Source of the DNA: a virus
Lineage: Duplodnaviria; Caudoviricetes
IMG/VR virus record: IMGVR_UViG_3300023223_000794
Location: 1 to 53,735 of that record
DNA: 53,735 nt
Reading direction: 5' to 3' (one strand)
Below, piece after piece: positions 19,272 through 28,453 of the stretch. Position 1 is the stretch's first letter. Every line of letters begins with the position of its first letter. A program made the translations under genes and the position numbers. A model generated the notes under the pieces. The model was not told the origin of the DNA. It was given only the letters and a program-made list of their open reading frames with translations, and did no database searches.

Positions 19272-19574
19272 TTATTGTAAACCTACTTCTCTACGGGCCG
19301 CTTCTGTAGTTCCTACGGGTATTACCACTACTCCACTACCACCATTTGGGAAGTTAATCAAAGCAACTTCTCTACCATAGACATTCGAAAAATCTATTCC
19401 TGGCGTTGGCGGCGTCATTGCTTTTAGCATTACCTGTTGCTTGTATGCTATATAACTTAGCAACAAAAACATCACAAACAACCCGCATGCTAGGGCTTTT
19501 ATTAACTCTTTTAAAGTAGCTAAGTCTTTTAGATCACCGTATTCATCCATATGTACCAAGGTTTTTTCTTGCAT
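19272..19574 (-). CDS. Small membrane protein
   Basis: Single hydrophobic segment ALACGLFVMFLLLSYIAY. Confidence 0.6.
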   Translation of the reverse strand: MQEKTLVHMDEYGDLKDLATLKELIKALACGLFVMFLLLSYIAYKQQVMLKAMTPPTPGIDFSNVYGREVALINFPNGGSGVVVIPVGTTEAARREVGLQ

Positions 19575-19590
19575 AATTTTAGTTCTTCTT

Positions 19591-19630
19591 AGAAAGGGCG
19601 GTAGAGGCTCTACTCCTCCCCTACCGCCCT
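19591..19630 (-). terminator. Probable intrinsic terminator after the SSB-like gene
   Basis: Minus strand AGGGCGGTAGGGG-(10 nt)-CCTCTACCGCCCT (13-bp stem with one G-U) followed by a short TTCT. Confidence 0.6.
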
Positions 19631-19656
19631 GGGAGTTTAACTTTAACTCTTAACTT

Positions 19657-20319
19657 TTAACCTGCTGCTTGCGCAGCCATTTCTGCCTTTTCGTCACGTG
19701 TAGTGCACCAATTTAATGCATTCTTTGTATAATCTTCAGAAGCCAGCCCTGCGATATCCCGCAGCCATGCACTCGCACGGAATCCTCGAGTTAACTTCTC
19801 ACCGGTATCCATGTCTTTTATTATATCACCTTGGTCATCCCTCTCAAACTGTTGCTCAGATGAAACTTTGCACTTGACAAACTTTCCGAATAATTCATCG
19901 ATACACTCTTCGATATTTGCTACTTCAATATTGCCGGCTCCATCCGTAGGAATCTTTATCCCGCAGTCAGTTAACAACTGTGCGATCTCAAGAAGACCAT
20001 TACTTTTCTTTCCATGCACCATCCTATGGTAAATGGTTAGTTTTGTTCCGGCGACTGGAATATCTATTTCTTTTACTTCTTCTGCGGGATCTCTTCCAGG
20101 TGGATATGCAAGTACACTCTCAGGCCAACAGATTTCTAGTTCAAGATCTACGCGTTGTTTGTAGTCTTTGTCGCCAGGAGTTCCAGCGTTCTTAAACGTT
20201 TTATCCACGACACGAAGAACATACTGGCGACTTGGAATATACCCAAACATGCTGCTAGAAGTCTCTGTGGTTTCATTATCTGCGGTAGGATTTGTTAGTT
20301 CATTAATGTTAATGCTCAT
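19657..20319 (-). CDS. Putative single-stranded DNA-binding protein (DUF669-like OB fold)
   Basis: YIPSRQYVLRVV...LFGKFVKCKV pattern; same module as the Sak4-like ATPase and Cas4-like nuclease. Confidence 0.55.
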   Translation of the reverse strand: MSININELTNPTADNETTETSSSMFGYIPSRQYVLRVVDKTFKNAGTPGDKDYKQRVDLELEICWPESVLAYPPGRDPAEEVKEIDIPVAGTKLTIYHRMVHGKKSNGLLEIAQLLTDCGIKIPTDGAGNIEVANIEECIDELFGKFVKCKVSSEQQFERDDQGDIIKDMDTGEKLTRGFRASAWLRDIAGLASEDYTKNALNWCTTRDEKAEMAAQAAG

Positions 20320-20371
20320 ATTTGTTTTGTTTTTTGGTTTTTTGGTTTCTGTGGTTTTACTTTATTCGCAT

Positions 20372-20722
20372 TTATTGCAATAATCTCTTTAAAGATTTAA
20401 CAATGTTAGCAAATAAAACATCTTTAAGTTGTTGTTCAAGAGGAAGTTCGTTAAACAGGACAATGCAGGGATGGGTTTTAAGCTTCAGGTCTTTCGTTTT
20501 TCCGTATACCCAGCCATTTTTTACTTTATCTGCCATCCACGCTTCATGTGAATGTGCTGGAGTGCTATCTTTAACGCTTAAATGGTAGTGAACTCCTTCT
20601 ATAGCTGAATCTCGCTGCCATTGATCGGCATCATCCCAAGGGCTCTGAGAATAATCACCGAGTTGTTGACAATAAGCTCGGTTAGCCTCATGACATACTT
20701 GTGCAATGTTTTCTATGATCAT
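20372..20722 (-). CDS. RyR-domain protein
   Basis: CHEANRAYC...SHEAWM..K..GWVYG..KD...KTHPCIV.FNELP..QQ.KD signature. Confidence 0.85.
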   Translation of the reverse strand: MIIENIAQVCHEANRAYCQQLGDYSQSPWDDADQWQRDSAIEGVHYHLSVKDSTPAHSHEAWMADKVKNGWVYGKTKDLKLKTHPCIVLFNELPLEQQLKDVLFANIVKSLKRLLQ

Positions 20723-20796
20723 AATTCTTATGGTTTCTGTGGTTAATCACTCCTTACGAAGGAATAAAAGTTTTCAAGGAAAAAATCCTGTGGCGA

Positions 20797-20997
20797 TTAT
20801 TTGAATATTATTTGATACCATATTACTACTAAACACGAGAAATTTATGAAAGTCTTAATAGGTGCAGGAATAAACAAAAAAGAAAATAACATCAATAGTA
20901 TAGCTATAGAAGCTATTCTAAAGGATTTATCATCTTTAAGATTTTGTAGAAGACCTTCTCTTGAAGTCCAATGTTTGAGCATATTAGTTATTTTCAT
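20797..20997 (-). CDS. Small two-TM membrane protein
   Basis: Two hydrophobic segments; ATGA overlap with the methyltransferase gene. Confidence 0.55.
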   Translation of the reverse strand: MKITNMLKHWTSREGLLQNLKDDKSFRIASIAILLMLFSFLFIPAPIKTFINFSCLVVIWYQIIFK

Positions 20998-21635
20998 GTT
21001 TCTTGTTCTTTACATTCTTTGTGTTTTATACTTCCTATTCCATGTATTGGTTGTTCTTTATGTGCAGGTAGTAACCTTACGTCTCTACGAAAGTAAAATG
21101 ACGTCGTCCAAGTATACCCATTAAGTGGTCCAAAGCCTGACATGTCTACTTCAAATAACCCAGCTTCTCTTAGTAATCTTGACGTAAGTTCTTTCCAATC
21201 AGAATTATCTAGGATAATAAAGCCATTGTGGGACAACATTTTAAGCGCTTCAATTGCGCACTCGTAACGGTGACTTCCGTCGATAATAATAACATCAAAT
21301 TTTTCTGTATGTTGATGGATAAAATTCACGTATTTTTCCTTCTCAGGACAAAAATTATAAATTCCACGGCAGCTTGTATCTCTAAACCATTTTTGAAACC
21401 ACTTTTTATTATCTTCTACTGAAGCTAGCATTTTACAACGATGCCTCCAATATCGAGTAGAGTTACCTGAACCGTACTCAAAAACGTTACAGTTCATGAG
21501 ATCTAGTTGCTCTAAGTATTCAATGGCTGGATAAGTGTACCAAGGAAGATCACCTTTTGCGTACCGCCGATCCCATTCGCGCAAGATACGGTACTGCTCA
21601 AATTTAGCTAGAGCACTTTTAATTACTTTACGCAT
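20994..21635 (-). CDS. Class I SAM-dependent methyltransferase (glycan/O-methyltransferase-like)
   Basis: PWYTYPAI, VFEYGSGNST, SVED, DVIIIDG..R, IILDNSD; no DNA-MTase DPPY/PC motif. Confidence 0.85.
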   Translation of the reverse strand: MRKVIKSALAKFEQYRILREWDRRYAKGDLPWYTYPAIEYLEQLDLMNCNVFEYGSGNSTRYWRHRCKMLASVEDNKKWFQKWFRDTSCRGIYNFCPEKEKYVNFIHQHTEKFDVIIIDGSHRYECAIEALKMLSHNGFIILDNSDWKELTSRLLREAGLFEVDMSGFGPLNGYTWTTSFYFRRDVRLLPAHKEQPIHGIGSIKHKECKEQET

Positions 21636-21862
21636 TATTTTTTGGTTTTGTTATTAAGCCATTTCTTAGCCTGAAACGTTTCACCGTTATTCATAGATTC
21701 CATATCTATAAAAGAAGCTATAAAACCTCTAGCCTCTATAGATCTATAGGTGCGTAGGTTACCATCATTTCTAGAACTAGTAAACTCAAAGCCGAAAGAT
21801 TTAAACCAGTCATCTAAAATTATGCCAGATAATTTTATTGGAAGTGCATCAAGTATATTCAT
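21635..21862 (-). CDS. Hypothetical protein
   Basis: 75-aa ORF with 1-nt stop/start overlaps on both sides. Confidence 0.55.
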   Translation of the reverse strand: MNILDALPIKLSGIILDDWFKSFGFEFTSSRNDGNLRTYRSIEARGFIASFIDMESMNNGETFQAKKWLNNKTKK

Positions 21863-22611
21863 TATTTTAATTCCCTTATGTCAGGTTCTTGGTATTCTAT
21901 ACCTGGTGCATACTTATAAATATGTTCCCACTTAAAGGGTAAATCTTTACCGGCTAAGTGCTTACTTCTACAACCTGCGGTAACATCCCCAAGGTTCTTG
22001 AACGAAATCCGTAGCGCAGATCCTAAACGATACACGTAGCCTACTGCATCTGCTTCGGCCGCAACTATAGTTGTCAGTTTTCCTGTTAAATCTAAATCCT
22101 TACCTAAAGACTTTGCACCATCTTTAGTTTCAATCTCTTTATCTCGTATATGCGCAGTGAAAATCACCCTTGGCGCAGTTAGTTTCCATTCAAATAAATA
22201 CTTTCGCATCACTTCCCTTAAGTAACGATATCCATAACCGTGAGGTAAGTCTAGAACGCTATCTCCTGTAAAACGCTTTCCTAGCGTACTTTTTTTGTAA
22301 ATCCTAGTTGCTATAGGTTCACAGAAATCCTCAAACCTACTGATCGTATCTACCGCAACAAAGTCGAATTTCTTCTCGATAATTTCAGGGATTAATTTAT
22401 GCCAGTCAGTAATACTTTTGTCAGATGTAATATGCTGGGCTGTACATTTTAAAAATGCTGTTCCATCTTCTGTATCCATGATAAGATGCCGAGGTAACTT
22501 TGCTAGCATCTCTGTTTTTCCAGACTTAGCAGGGCCATAGATTACCAGTAGCCTAGGATCTTCGTGGCGGGCATCTGTTGTTTCCCCCGGTTCAGGTATA
22601 ATAAGGTTCAT
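21862..22611 (-). CDS. Sak4-like / AAA_24 ATPase (single-strand annealing recombinase)
   Basis: YGPAKSGKT, MDTEDGT, VAVDTIS, IFTAH, ADAVGY. Confidence 0.8.
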   Translation of the reverse strand: MNLIIPEPGETTDARHEDPRLLVIYGPAKSGKTEMLAKLPRHLIMDTEDGTAFLKCTAQHITSDKSITDWHKLIPEIIEKKFDFVAVDTISRFEDFCEPIATRIYKKSTLGKRFTGDSVLDLPHGYGYRYLREVMRKYLFEWKLTAPRVIFTAHIRDKEIETKDGAKSLGKDLDLTGKLTTIVAAEADAVGYVYRLGSALRISFKNLGDVTAGCRSKHLAGKDLPFKWEHIYKYAPGIEYQEPDIRELK

Positions 22612-22645
22612 AGTTCTGCGGTTTTAAGGTTCTAAGGTTTTCTTC

Positions 22646-23014
22646 TTATATTTTCTTACCTTTCCATAACTCTAGGCAAAATGTGGCTCTTGTAATTGCT
22701 CGCTTCAAATGCCCTTCTGGACCTTCTCTATCCTTGGGTTCCGTGCCATGCACTTGATTATACGCTGTAGTCAAATGTCGTATTGCACGCATGTAATGAT
22801 AAGCAGGATCTATTTGCCAATCTTCAGTGTACCATTCACCAGGACCAGATTTATTTGACCCTGTCTGTGAAGTCCCTTGCGGAGACATTATATCAAGTAC
22901 AGCATTGCAAGCATGTGCTGCAACTTCTTCCCTAAATGGATATAGTTCTTTTTCTTTCGGCTTACTTTCCGAACTTGAGGGGTTCGTAGATTTTTCGTTC
23001 ATAACTTGGATCAC
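22646..23014 (-). CDS. dATP/dGTP diphosphohydrolase-domain (DUF5664-like) protein
   Basis: G..K.G..EW...HYMRAIRHL...D.E...HL..A..R pattern; true start may lie downstream of 23014. Confidence 0.55.
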   Translation of the reverse strand: MIQVMNEKSTNPSSSESKPKEKELYPFREEVAAHACNAVLDIMSPQGTSQTGSNKSGPGEWYTEDWQIDPAYHYMRAIRHLTTAYNQVHGTEPKDREGPEGHLKRAITRATFCLELWKGKKI

Positions 23015-23930
23015 TTTCTATACTTTGTAGGGTTAACGTTTCACCAACTATTGGTTTACAACAGAAATTATAAAATTGACACTTACCATAAACAGATTCA
23101 CACGTGTGATTCATGATACCTTCTGGTTCTCTTAGTCTAGCAAATTTTTTAGTCTCAAATTTATTTATAAGATCCCAGATTTTAACATATACCATTTCTC
23201 GGTATTCGTTTAGCTGTTCTGTCGAGAATTCAAACACAGATGACATACGGAAAAACGGCGCCTTTGCATTTAAGAATACTCCGTCAATCTGTGCTCCTTG
23301 TATTTTCCGCGCTATTTTTCCAAGCTCTTTTAACTCTGGATGTTTCTTACAGAAATCTCTTAGCATTACTATGTAAAATAACATTTGCGTATGACACTCA
23401 TATCCTGCAAAGTAATCCCAAGGATTCCTGCACATTGCAGTAGTCTTCATGTCGCAAATTATAGGACCTTGCGGTGTTTTACAGATCGAATCAATCGTAC
23501 CGCAGATTACCACCTTCAGCTCTGCTGTCTCGTAGAAAGTAAATGCAAAAGTTAACTCGCTTGCAGGCTTTCCGTTTGCTATGCGTAATACTTGGAAAGG
23601 TTTCTCATCCCATACATAACGCTCGTAAGCAACAAATGTAGACATAAGAAATCCTTTTGTTAGATATCTTTTATCCTTGCGTTCTACAGTAAGGTTAGGA
23701 TTCCATGCATGTACTTCTTCTGCCATTGTTTTAATTGACTTAAATGATCCCGGCTCCCATGCTTCTGTTAGCATCTTATGCCTAAACGAGTGCATACGAC
23801 TGCCAAAATCCATTGATAGCGTAGATTGTGTTTTACTCTGCCAGCCTTCCAGACAAGTTAGCTGATGCTTTCGAGCACAATGCATAGTTTGCAAACTCGA
23901 AGCGTCAAGGTAAATTATAGTTTGTTCCAT
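22962..23930 (-). CDS. Cas4-like PD-(D/E)XK exonuclease
   Basis: LDASSL..CARK, FGSRMH, E, GTID, DMKT, Q..FY and C-terminal C.....C.F...C cysteines. Confidence 0.85.
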   Translation of the reverse strand: MEQTIIYLDASSLQTMHCARKHQLTCLEGWQSKTQSTLSMDFGSRMHSFRHKMLTEAWEPGSFKSIKTMAEEVHAWNPNLTVERKDKRYLTKGFLMSTFVAYERYVWDEKPFQVLRIANGKPASELTFAFTFYETAELKVVICGTIDSICKTPQGPIICDMKTTAMCRNPWDYFAGYECHTQMLFYIVMLRDFCKKHPELKELGKIARKIQGAQIDGVFLNAKAPFFRMSSVFEFSTEQLNEYREMVYVKIWDLINKFETKKFARLREPEGIMNHTCESVYGKCQFYNFCCKPIVGETLTLQSIESDPSYERKIYEPLKFGK

Positions 23931-24187
23931 ATTTTATCCAAGTTTCTTTGCTGTTGTTTCAGTTGTGCAAGATCGAGTTGCTCCTTGACTTGTGCTAATT
24001 TTCTTTGTTTTTCGTTCGCCATTAACTGCCCGCGTAGAAGTCCAAGATGGTAACACGTTACAGCATAACTATCTAAACTTTGATTTTCAGTCGAGGTCTG
24101 GATTTTTGCAAAAGCTTCAACAGCTAGTTGCGTTTGATAATCGCTAATGATCATTTTTCCCTTCTTTCCCTCCTTTCCCTCCTTCAC
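23915..24187 (-). CDS. Hypothetical protein
   Basis: ORF in operon; start uncertain. Confidence 0.5.
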   Translation of the reverse strand: MKEGKEGKKGKMIISDYQTQLAVEAFAKIQTSTENQSLDSYAVTCYHLGLLRGQLMANEKQRKLAQVKEQLDLAQLKQQQRNLDKIWNKL

Positions 24188-24437
24188 TCACTCCTTCCAA
24201 GGCTTTTAACATCCTGGCAATAGTATTATTCAATTCAAGTTCTTTCATTTCTCGTGCTTTCTTTTTTGTCTGTGGTTTTGTGGTTTTAGCTTTTACGCTT
24301 TTCATTCCCTCAAGAGTCTCAGCACTTAATGGAGTTCTTGTTACTATTAAATATGGTGCAAGAAACTCTTTTAGCTGTGCATCTGTCATGCTTTCCATAA
24401 GATCAACAGACATGCTTAGTAGTGCATCAATAGTCAT
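24144..24437 (-). CDS. Hypothetical protein
   Basis: 97 aa; ATGA coupling. Confidence 0.55.
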   Translation of the reverse strand: MTIDALLSMSVDLMESMTDAQLKEFLAPYLIVTRTPLSAETLEGMKSVKAKTTKPQTKKKAREMKELELNNTIARMLKALEGVSEGGKGGKEGKNDH

Positions 24438-24697
24438 GGATTCTTACTTTCATCGTTTTCAGTATTTGCATTATTTGCTAGTTTCTTGAAATTTACTATA
24501 TCTATTAAATTTAGCATAGCTTTAAGCAGTGTTATTACACTTAAAATATAGCCAGGTGGACAAAACATTTCCGTAGTGTTGGCTTTAAGATCTAGCCTCA
24601 AGAGTAATTTACGTCCTTCATAAACTTCAACTATATTGTTAATTGGCGTTAAAGTAATACTTTTTTCGTTAAATTTTTTGTAGAAATCAATAGTCAT
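24434..24697 (-). CDS. Hypothetical protein
   Basis: 87 aa; ATGA coupling. Confidence 0.55.
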   Translation of the reverse strand: MTIDFYKKFNEKSITLTPINNIVEVYEGRKLLLRLDLKANTTEMFCPPGYILSVITLLKAMLNLIDIVNFKKLANNANTENDESKNP

Positions 24698-25278
24698 ACG
24701 CTTTTCACTAAATCTATTCTAATCTTTCCCTCTGTTGTAACACTCACGTTTATCTTAGTAGAATCTTTACATAGCAACCGAACTTGCTCTAAAAACATAT
24801 CACTAACGAGAACGAGTTCAGTAAAATCTCCTGGTTCGCCTTCTTCAATAAACATTCCCAACCCTTCTAACGTAGCCTGTGTGTCTAACTCCATGGCTGA
24901 AAACTCTCCTGCATCTAGTTCTTTTTGTAATCCTTCTGCGCCTTCGTTAAGCCTGTCAATAGGATCTAATGTTACGCTTCCTAGCATATCTTTATTGGGA
25001 CCACGCTTAACCCTACCGTCAGGGTTTAACCTTACACGCACTGTATTGGAACCCTCTTGATGTATAGTATATTGCTCCCAAATGGTATACCATTTAGAGG
25101 CTTTGTTATTCTCTGCTAGCCATTCAATTCCTGCGCGTATTTTTTGTGTAAAAGAATTTTGTTGTAATCCAACGTCAGAGGGATGCATTTCAAATTCAAT
25201 AAGCTTTTCATTTAACACCCGTTCCAGTATTTGCTGAACTTCTTTTCCATTTCTTTCAGTCTTATATCCACCTGTCAT
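24694..25278 (-). CDS. Hypothetical protein translationally coupled to the sigma54 activator gene
   Basis: 194 aa; ATGA overlap at 25275-25278. Confidence 0.6.
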   Translation of the reverse strand: MTGGYKTERNGKEVQQILERVLNEKLIEFEMHPSDVGLQQNSFTQKIRAGIEWLAENNKASKWYTIWEQYTIHQEGSNTVRVRLNPDGRVKRGPNKDMLGSVTLDPIDRLNEGAEGLQKELDAGEFSAMELDTQATLEGLGMFIEEGEPGDFTELVLVSDMFLEQVRLLCKDSTKINVSVTTEGKIRIDLVKSV

Positions 25279-26186
25279 GTCAACTCTCCTTTCAATAGAA
25301 AATTTATATACATCTCGCGTAACTCTCCTTCAAGTTGTCTAACATTCCCTTTCTTTACAAGGGTTGCCCACGTGTTTTTATCCCAAGCTGTTTCATTAAA
25401 CACTTTACTGAACTCTGAACCCCAGTCGTTTAATGCGATAATATGTTCAGCGATTGGAGGTATATCAGACATACGGTCTACGAGTGCCGGAATTTGAATT
25501 TGAATCCTTGCTAGCCGATGGTATAAGTCTTCCCTTAGTATAGGGTGTTCAGTACTAAAGACTCTTGAAGTTGCTGCTAAAAATCTACAGTTTGCAGTTT
25601 CATGTTGGTCTGAACCTACAGGTTTAAAAGTCCTATCTTCTAAAACTCTCAAGAGCTTTACTTGTATAAGCTCTGGTAAATCCCCAATTTCATCAAGAAA
25701 CAGTGTCCCATCATCAGCCGCACGTATTAATCCCTTACGATCGTTCACAGCACCCGTAAATGATCCCTTTATGTGTCCAAACAGTTCACTTTCGATTAAA
25801 GTTTCTGTCATTGCGTTTGCGTTACACGCTATGAATTGTCCAGTTCGTTCACCATGCAACGCGCGGGCTATGATTTCTTTTCCAACGCCTGTAGGTCCTT
25901 GGATAAATACAGAGTCTTCCATCGCACTAGCTAGCGTAACTTTTGCTTTCATGTCTATGCATAGCTGACTCTGGATTGTTATAAAGTTTTCTAATTCGTC
26001 TAGGACTTTACAATAATGATATTTATTTAACTTAACTTTCATTATCTCACTACAACTGTTTGCGAGAGATAGTGAACCAAACACTTCAGTTACAGTATCT
26101 TGTTCATGGTCTAATTGATAGATAGTTCGAAAATATCCTAAGATATCCTTTCCTATAATTCGTTGGGTAGGGTGTGTTTTATTCAT
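25275..26186 (-). CDS. Sigma54-dependent transcriptional activator (bacterial enhancer-binding protein AAA+ domain) lacking an HTH
   Basis: GPTGVGKE, ARALH, IESELFGH-IK-GSFTGA, GTLFLDEIGDLP, QVKLLRVLE, AAT, REDLYHRL, GNVRQLE; ends 17 aa after GNVRQLE. Confidence 0.93.
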   Translation of the reverse strand: MNKTHPTQRIIGKDILGYFRTIYQLDHEQDTVTEVFGSLSLANSCSEIMKVKLNKYHYCKVLDELENFITIQSQLCIDMKAKVTLASAMEDSVFIQGPTGVGKEIIARALHGERTGQFIACNANAMTETLIESELFGHIKGSFTGAVNDRKGLIRAADDGTLFLDEIGDLPELIQVKLLRVLEDRTFKPVGSDQHETANCRFLAATSRVFSTEHPILREDLYHRLARIQIQIPALVDRMSDIPPIAEHIIALNDWGSEFSKVFNETAWDKNTWATLVKKGNVRQLEGELREMYINFLLKGELT

Positions 26187-26213
26187 AATGTGGTAGATAG
26201 TAGGTTCCTAAAG

Positions 26214-28118
26214 TTATGGGCAGCGGAGGTAATCAGTAGTTATAAGCGGTTTAAACTCTAGTAGTTTAGGTTCGGCAGGGAAAGTAAGTAACTTAAGCTC
26301 TAGCTCTGGCTTTAACTCTATAACATCTTCCTCAACTGCAGACTCCACAAATGCAGAGTTAGCTAATTCTTCCCGTTCGGCTTTAAAATCTTCCGTTATT
26401 TCCTCCTCAGTGGCCGCACGAAAGTTTTTAAGGTCTTTGGCATTTATTTTTCCGTTCGTAGCTTCTACGCCTCGCTTGATTAGCAATTCATTCCAGTCTT
26501 CTTTTGTTCGAATTACTTCTTTTAAACATCCTAATTTTGGTTTCATGTTATCATGCACTTCCTCTTCGACAGTCCCGGTGTAATAAATCATAGACTGATA
26601 TGCATCTGAAATAGAATTATACCGTAGCGCACGACCAAACACTTGAACTACTTCATACGCGTCGTAAGATGGTGTTCCGTTCAGTACACGAGGGCGAGAA
26701 TCTACATGCTCGTGATGAAGATCTAGACTAGCGCCGCCAGCTTTTGCTGTGAATAGGCAAGTGCTTCGGCCACCTTGTTGATATTCGTCAATGACATCTT
26801 GTTGCCTTTTGTCTCCCATAGGCTTAAAGAAAGCTTTAAGTTTTTCCCATTGCTTTTCTGTGGCAGTAATCTTATCATACTCTAGATGTAATGGTTTATG
26901 TTGAATAAACTCGTTTAAGTCTGCTACGCCTCCCCAGATTAGCGTAATATGCTCTAAAGGTACACCATGTTTACAGTATAATTCGATTACACAACGGATA
27001 ATAGTTCCTTTGAAATTCGTTGCAATGAGTGGATACTTGTCATTCTCTAGAGCTGTTATGGTTCGTTCTACTAGGATAGAGCATCGTACTAATTCTCCAC
27101 GTTCTCTGAAAATGTTCTTTGCTACCATCATTGCCATTCCAGAGCCTGGTGCACTACGATCAATTTTCCGTAGCCTTTCGAGATAGTCATCCCATGCACG
27201 GGTAAACCAAGCTTTGTGACCAGAGGACTGAAATTCAAGTAACTCTGCCCGATTATAGGCCTTACACTTCGGCCGAGCATTCTTTAATCGTATGATGTTA
27301 GACCCTAACCAGTCTACTATACGAGCCATGCCGGCCTGGTTAGGAATCGTAGGGTCACTTTTGTAAAGTTCTTGTGCCCGTTCCATTAGTTCCTTTGGCC
27401 TGAACATCTGAGTGCTAAGAATAAAAGTCTCTGCGTGGGCGAGATGAACCCATGGAGTAGCTGTTACCATCATCTGAAGAAATTTAAAGTTCTTGGTTTT
27501 AATTCTTCGGGCCATCTCTGTAAAATTCCTGGCAATTTGGGTCTGTTTACTATTCGCATTTCTTAAGTCATGCGATTCGTCTATAACAAGAATCTGCGGT
27601 GCAAACATAGGATTCCAGACAGGCATGATATAAATATCTCCAGCATGAACAAAGGTTTCCCAAGAGATGAACTTCTTTCCGGCTCTGTTTCGTAGTTCAC
27701 CCCAAGTCATGATAGCCACGGAACCGCCTGACTCTACAGGTAAACCAAATTTGTTCTTTAATTCTCTGTAAGTTTTGATCTTTGCTTTTTTTCGGACTAC
27801 GATTACGACGGCCGCGCTTCCTAGAGGTTTCTTAATGAAACCTGAGTCGTAAAGTTCTCGAAGCCATTCCCCAAAAACGATTGTTTTTCCACAACCTGTT
27901 ACACCTTGGACTAACGCAGAAAAGCTCTTTCCTCGGCTAAAATGCTCTGCAATAGAATTCAGTCCAGTTTTTTGAAAATCATGTGGTCCTCCATAGTTCC
28001 TTCGAGTCTTTAATACAATTGCCGGCGCTTTCTCACGGAACATCTTAGCTCCAATGATATCGTTAATCAGCTTTGTAGAAGTCTGGGAAGGTAAATCTTC
28101 GAAGGAAGTGATACTCAT
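26214..28118 (-). CDS. Superfamily 2 helicase (C-terminus resembles strawberry-notch-type helicases)
   Basis: GVTGCGKT, VIDESH, TATP, AGGASLDLH..RPR, QVFGRALR. Confidence 0.85.
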   Translation of the reverse strand: MSITSFEDLPSQTSTKLINDIIGAKMFREKAPAIVLKTRRNYGGPHDFQKTGLNSIAEHFSRGKSFSALVQGVTGCGKTIVFGEWLRELYDSGFIKKPLGSAAVVIVVRKKAKIKTYRELKNKFGLPVESGGSVAIMTWGELRNRAGKKFISWETFVHAGDIYIMPVWNPMFAPQILVIDESHDLRNANSKQTQIARNFTEMARRIKTKNFKFLQMMVTATPWVHLAHAETFILSTQMFRPKELMERAQELYKSDPTIPNQAGMARIVDWLGSNIIRLKNARPKCKAYNRAELLEFQSSGHKAWFTRAWDDYLERLRKIDRSAPGSGMAMMVAKNIFRERGELVRCSILVERTITALENDKYPLIATNFKGTIIRCVIELYCKHGVPLEHITLIWGGVADLNEFIQHKPLHLEYDKITATEKQWEKLKAFFKPMGDKRQQDVIDEYQQGGRSTCLFTAKAGGASLDLHHEHVDSRPRVLNGTPSYDAYEVVQVFGRALRYNSISDAYQSMIYYTGTVEEEVHDNMKPKLGCLKEVIRTKEDWNELLIKRGVEATNGKINAKDLKNFRAATEEEITEDFKAEREELANSAFVESAVEEDVIELKPELELKLLTFPAEPKLLEFKPLITTDYLRCP

Positions 28119-28120
28119 GG

Positions 28121-28417
28121 TTACAAATTATGTTCTTTACAGAGTGCTATTATCTCGACATGAGTTCTATCTGGATGATCTTGCCAGCTAGCTATTCCAG
28201 TATAATTTTTAACAATGTTGTGTATTGCAATTTCGAGAATTCCTCGCACTTTGTAGTATTCATCAGATCCGGTTTTATAGCATTTTCTCATAGCTCCCTG
28301 TAGACACCAACAAGTTGCTTTAGGATCTTCTGAGAATATTTGGAAACCTAGTAAATCGCGGGCTAAAGCATTTTTTATCCAAGCCGTTGGGTTTTCTAAG
28401 AGTTCGTAGATTTTCAT
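28121..28417 (-). CDS. Conserved small phage protein (DUF6197-like)
   Basis: W...ALARD...ATCWCLQGA...WQDHPDRTHVEI motif. Confidence 0.6.
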   Translation of the reverse strand: MKIYELLENPTAWIKNALARDLLGFQIFSEDPKATCWCLQGAMRKCYKTGSDEYYKVRGILEIAIHNIVKNYTGIASWQDHPDRTHVEIIALCKEHNL

Positions 28418-28453
28418 GTTAGGGTTAGGATTTTGTAGTTTCTTGAAAGTGAA

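Noticed and set aside
22962-23930. Cas4-like gene as part of a CRISPR-Cas system
   Set aside because: No repeat-spacer array or other cas genes; the Sak4/SSB context indicates phage recombination.
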